Shown here in pieces: positions 58,901 to 64,000 of a DNA stretch of 64,000 nucleotides. The translations under genes and the position numbers were made by a program. Source of the stretch: Marsupella aquatica (Eukaryota > Plantae > Marchantiophyta); the NCBI GenBank assembly GCA_973895155.1, contig OZ316896.1, positions 19,580,754-19,644,753 on the forward strand, written 5' to 3'. Position 1 is the stretch's first letter, and every line of letters starts with the position of its first letter. The notes under the pieces were generated by a model. The model did no database searches and was not told where the DNA came from. It saw only the letters and a list, made by a program, of their open reading frames with translations.

Positions 58901-59479
58901 ATGGGTTGTGCACGAGAAAATAATGTAAAAAGCAGGCTTCCAATGCCAGCGCATTCCAAGTCGGTCCTTGATCTAAGAGAGAGAATGAATGAAAGAACCA
59001 ATAAATTAAGAGTCCACGGCGACCAAAAGGGCCGTAGTCCGCCTAGAAGCATGAAAAAAAACTTCCAGCAAATACTTCCAAGAGAGATGGATGAAATTTT
59101 AAGTCGAGGAGTACCCAAAAGGGACACCGACCAGATCTCATTAGTCTCAATCGAACTCACTACGGCCGATAACAGTTAATTACCTGAAGCAATCCAAATG
59201 AGCACGAAAACGTTCGACGGCGTCTCTCCCGACGATAGAAGTTCCCTTGACCACTGGCACAGGCACTGGCAAGGGCTCATTCCCCCCGACTCGTCCCAAA
59301 TTCTGATTCCCGCCGAGTCCAAAACGAGGTCCAAAATTCTCCGCAAACATGAGCCCATTGACTGTGCTAAGTGATAGTGGCTGACTAGAGTCCAACGCAA
59401 TGCCGTACAAAATTCTAAGTAGAAACAGTAGGAAGACTGCACAAACTATCAGCCGCACTTCTCTCTTTACCAACTTCAT
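55994..59479 (-). CDS. Trichome-birefringence-like / PC-esterase (SGNH) putative polysaccharide O-acetyltransferase, about 413 aa, 5 exons
   Basis: Exons 59479-59184, 58724-58562, 57779-57700, 57364-56943, 56274-55994 total 1242 nt in frame. N-terminal type II membrane anchor, GKWVYD, W.WQ...C, VGDS, NTGAH, PGH..C, DCLHYCLPGP (GDS plus DxxH). Confidence 0.88.
57951..58480. mobile_element. Possible solo-LTR-like insertion in TBL intron 2, containing a 43-bp triplication (58261-58380)
   Basis: Begins with TG and is flanked on both sides by ATAAA, but ends in TA rather than CA. Confidence 0.3.
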
Positions 59480-61064
59480 GTAACGTTGCCATTCGCCTAT
59501 GATCAATTCCCACTTCAACAATACCCACTTGAACATTGTGGCATAGGCCAGGCTCATTCCCCACGGCACCTCAGTCTTTCAATTGCTCCACTGACAGACT
59601 ACAAAATAGAGCAGATACAGTCAATTATGTTCAGCTACAGTAAATAAGTACTCGAGCATGTAAGGAAACGTTCTCCAAAACTACAAAGATCGAATAGTTA
59701 ACAGTTCAGCACAAGAAAACCCACAAATTGTGGACCTCTGGACCCACACGTTAGTTTGGCATCAACAGTATAGTTATGACTCTGGCAAGTGATGAGAAAC
59801 ACTGTAACCAATGCCAAATCAAGAGATACAGCCTTCCAACTTCCGAGCGAGAGTAGCTCGATCAGCTGAAGACAGCGTGTCAACAAAATTAGTTCGGGGA
59901 TTGGAGAGAGCGAGAATACATAGAAAACCCGACACTAGTGCGACGAGGAGTCTGACAGCTAGTTGAGCAGCAACTGTACAATTCTCGATCTTGAAAAGTT
60001 GTTGACTCCCTGCGACGGTGCGACCCTGCACCTCGCTCACTGCTTACATCGATCTCAAGCACACGGTTTCGTCATCGTCATGCCAATCATGCCCAGATTC
60101 AGTTGGTGCTGTCGCTCCCGGTCCTGCAAGTCATGAACTTCATTCGGCACATCTTGTTTTCTTTCATTCGGGAAGGTAGCTGAATTCTTTTCTAGGCACG
60201 ATTCTAGGTTTTTACAACTATAATATTTGATCCCGCCAAAAGTTGTTCATCCTCAGTTTACAAAATGAGATTTTGGTGGGAACACTTGCTTACCATTGGA
60301 TTTATGCATGTTATAGTTTATTCCCACAGTTACAAATGAGTGTAACCAAGCAAACACGACACTAAAGTACCTAATGTAGGTGCTACCTAGATGATAATAA
60401 TTGGGAGTGAACACCTAAAGTAGCTAGTACAAATTAAGAAGAGTACAATTTTTTTTGTCACATATGAATATTTAATAGTGTATTATTACATGTTATAATA
60501 TTTGTATTATTGGAAGAAAGTAGAGTAATACTCTTCAAATAGGTGTCTATAATTTTGAACAATATATTTATCAGTGAGAAGAAAATTTGTGCACTTTTAG
60601 CTCAAAAAGCTAAATTTTGATTTTCCTTTTTAATGTATCTTTGAAGTAATGAAAGGGGGAAAGAGCATCTCCCATATAATACCCTATCCCACCAAAAAGA
60701 TGCCAGGATAATTCTTTTCCAAACTCATAAAAATGGGAATAGATCTTATACCTTTATCAAAACATTGTTTTTCTACACCATCAGATCTATCCATATACAC
60801 CGTTTAAAATAAATGTCTTCCCAAGCTACAATCTTTTTCTCTCATCGACATCCTTTTCATCTCGACATCTTTTTCTTCACCTTAACTTCTTTTTCTCACC
60901 TGACATCTTTTTCCTCACCTCAATATTTTTTGTGCAATGCACAGACATTGGGCTAGTTAGAAACTATAATAAAGGGTTGCGCCTTTTGTCATACCTTAAA
61001 TTAGAAACAATAATAAAGGGTTGCCATTTTTTGAAATGATGTCATTCAAAAATTAGAAATTATA

Positions 61065-61962
61065 ATGAAGGGCTGGGCTTTTTTTAAAGTGGGTCATTCA
61101 AATTTGAAGAGACTTTTGAGTGAAAGAAAAGCAAACTGGAAAAAGAGAAAGGAACAAGAAGAAAACAATTATGTTTGGTGTGAACACGTTTTCCAAGCAA
61201 GAAATGTCTTCCAACTTCTAGAGACAATTTCGTATTTCACAGAGAGTGATAGTGTGGAGGTCATGTTGCAGCGGGCCATTGCAGAGAACCCCAAATTCAG
61301 CTCATACTTCATCACTTTGTGCGTTGCTGACAATTGCACCAGCCTGCAGGCAGTGGGCACCAGTGTCCCATGGTTGAAACTGAGCGTCATGCCACTTTCA
61401 GGTGACAATTTGACACACAGATCTATTCATGTTGTTTGTAATAATTTGTCAGCAGTGTATATGCTACTGTATCACTTCTTCGGATGAGCTGTGGCTACTG
61501 CAGGACAAAGTGCTGAATGATTGCTAATAAATTGAGTTTTTCTAACTAACAACAGGACTTCCGAAATGGGCTGCATGTGAGGGCTTGCGTAAGCGGTCAC
61601 TGCTTTCGGACGACCTGGAGCTTCTGGAGCTGATTGCCAAGCAGATCAAAGAGAGCTCAACCCAGCAATTTTGGAAGACACATGCGGTATTTGAGACTGC
61701 GAGATTTGTGGTAGTGGAGGTCCTCTTGCCAAGGCCGTTTCCAGGGGCCGATGAAATCACACTAGCTGTGACGAGCTCTGGGGCCTCCATGACAGTTTAC
61801 ACAAGAGCTCTGGGCAAAAGCAAGGGTGAGAGGAGCTTTGAATTTCCCGAGACTCACGTTGTTGAGCTCCCCACAGCAGTGTGTTCGGATCAGCATACCT
61901 TCAAGGTGAGCAGGAAATTATGCCTCATGACTGTACGCCTCCCTAAGATTGCTCAAACCTGA
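61065..61962 (+). CDS. Small gene with C-terminal HSP20/alpha-crystallin- or CS-like beta-sandwich; 5' end uncertain
   Basis: Donor TCAG|GTGAC at 61401 and acceptor CTAAC..AACAG| at 61555 join the two ORFs in frame. C-terminal pattern FET..FVVVEVLLP...VELP..V.......LMTVRLPK. The ATG at 61065 lies in repeat-derived sequence. Confidence 0.5.
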
Positions 61963-64000
61963 ACGACACAGAATTACAGACAGAAAACTCTGAGAAAAAA
62001 CTGGGGAATTTTGTAGACCAATGCACTAAAATGCAACCTCACCACAGACTTGACCTCAGTTAGTTAACCCAGGTCAAGTTTTTGAAAAGTAGTGGAAAGT
62101 TTTTGTGCACCAATTTTGGTCGGAAGAAACTTCCCTGTAACTTTGGTCTGCTGGAAACTTTAAAGGCCAGATTGGTTTTGTAGTGTGGCTCCAACACAAC
62201 TCGTACACAACTGTGTACAACTCTACTTTAAATTCCCGCAAAGAAATGGTACCAGGTCGGCGACTATACTGACGGGCCGGGTGTGGTGAAGACAGTTTAA
62301 GGATATGTTTATTGGGGGCTTGCAAGTTTAGGTGTGAGACCAATGCACTCAAATATTTCCTGTTCTTATCGCCTCCCCTCACCCCAGCTTCCTTTGTATC
62401 TAGTCCCTTGACCATTTTCTCCACCCACAACCATTTTCATGGACAATATTTGTACAAGTATGATTGTGCATTTACAACTAACTGAGGCACTAAACTTTTT
62501 GGCCTGTGCCTTCCCCCATCAATACAACATCAACCCAAAATTGAGAGCTTCCCAAAACCTTCCCAAAACGTGGTTTATTAGTTTGGGTGAGACACGGAGC
62601 ATTGTAAAGCAACATATATGGTGAGATTTAGATTTCATACATTTCATATGCGCAAAATCTGCAAGCTGAAAATCTGTTTGTCAAGTTTGGTCATCTATTA
62701 ATGGCTGAAAGATTAAATAAGGAATTGTTCAAGTTGAGTAATCTGAATGAATCTGCTCTTAATGGGCCATCACTCCTGACTTCCCCAGTAATTTTGAGGT
62801 GAGAGTTCATGGTTTATCCTTTCCTTGATCAAGGTTTTGAAGATTCCTAATGATTTGCGTTTTTCTTGGAATTCTTCTTTGGGAGTTTTTGATGCTCTGG
62901 ACTCTGGAGTTGAAGTTTTGGATCCTTGGGAGAGAGGCTTCTTTGCTACTATATTCTAAGTGACAACAGCCCTTTGTGTTCTCAGTAAAAATTTAAAATA
63001 GTTTGCCAATTGCATTTTTTTACAGGTGAATGTGAGGAACGGTCTTAATGATGGGGAAAACTTGAAATTTGGTTAAAAAAGACTGTCAAACTCCAAGAAA
63101 GCTGCCATGGTCAAGTCGATGGAGATTGATGGGTGAATGACTATCATCTCTGTTGATTGTAACATGGGCAAATTGAATTTTTGACTTATTGAAATTCTCT
63201 TGTAGTAGAGAGGAGGCTTAGTGCAAAAATGGGTGCAAACAAATTAACATAACCATTTCAATTTTGATGAGCTCATTCCGGAAGTGATTATTGCCGTTGA
63301 AATGAGAGGGATCCATCAGACTCAGTTGATAATTGATTGTAATTGAATTTTAATGGGCAAGCAGTGGGGCGACTAGAGCAAATTCAAAGATATTGGTCAA
63401 GAAGGTGAGTGAGCCATCAAAGGATAGCTGCAATCACCCATACACAGAAGTGCAGAGATATTGGGAGCTGCGTTTGGGAATAGAATTTACTTTTTTAAGT
63501 CCAGGGATCTCCAAGGCAAAAGACAAAATGCAAATTTTCTGGTCATGCAATTAGTAAGCATGATGCCCAAGTGGGATTTTAAATTAAAGAAAGCGGGTTG
63601 AAAAGGGAATGCCTGGAGAGAGACACTTCCACCAAAATAGAGCAAGAAAGGGAATGTCTGAAAGAGAGACACCTCCACAGAAATAGAGCACCTTGAGTCA
63701 AATTCATGACACTGCAAAGCCCAAAACCAAATGGTGGAGAGATTATTGCAAATGAATGATTGTCCAACCTCATCCCTTCTGTCAGAAAGAACTCAGTCTT
63801 GGGACTTGATGATCACCTTAGTTGTTGTAGAGCCAAGAGTCACAAGCCAAGAAGTAAGAGCACTATCACTAAATTCTATGTGCTTAAGTGAATGCAATCC
63901 TATTTATGCCAAAACTTCCCTCTTAATAATATTTGCTGTGAGTAAGCTATCTCTCCAGCACAATAGACTCTGTGTGTACCACCCTGCCTCTAACTGAACA

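Overview
Eukaryotic, intron-rich land-plant DNA. A bryophyte-like source is an inference from gene structure and content. Genes in order: a 14-exon casein kinase I (+), a 2-exon probably plastid-targeted protein of unknown function (+), a CDC26 uORF / TTM3 bicistronic unit (-), a decayed but TIR-bounded pogo/Tigger-type DNA transposon, a secreted 2-exon beta-lactamase-family (LACTBL1-like) serine hydrolase (+), an intronless APC6/CDC16 (+), a gene-free stretch with two tandemly duplicated pre-miRNA-like hairpins, a full-length tRNA-derived SINE with target-site duplication, an OPT oligopeptide transporter (+), a 5-exon TBL-like O-acetyltransferase (-), and a small ACD/CS-like gene (+). The strongest signals are the hidden CDC26 ORF upstream of TTM3 lying about 11 kb from its direct partner APC6, the duplicated hairpins with identical arms, and the LACTBL1-like secreted enzyme. 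All exon models were read by eye from GT/AG signals and frame continuity; no searches were run.
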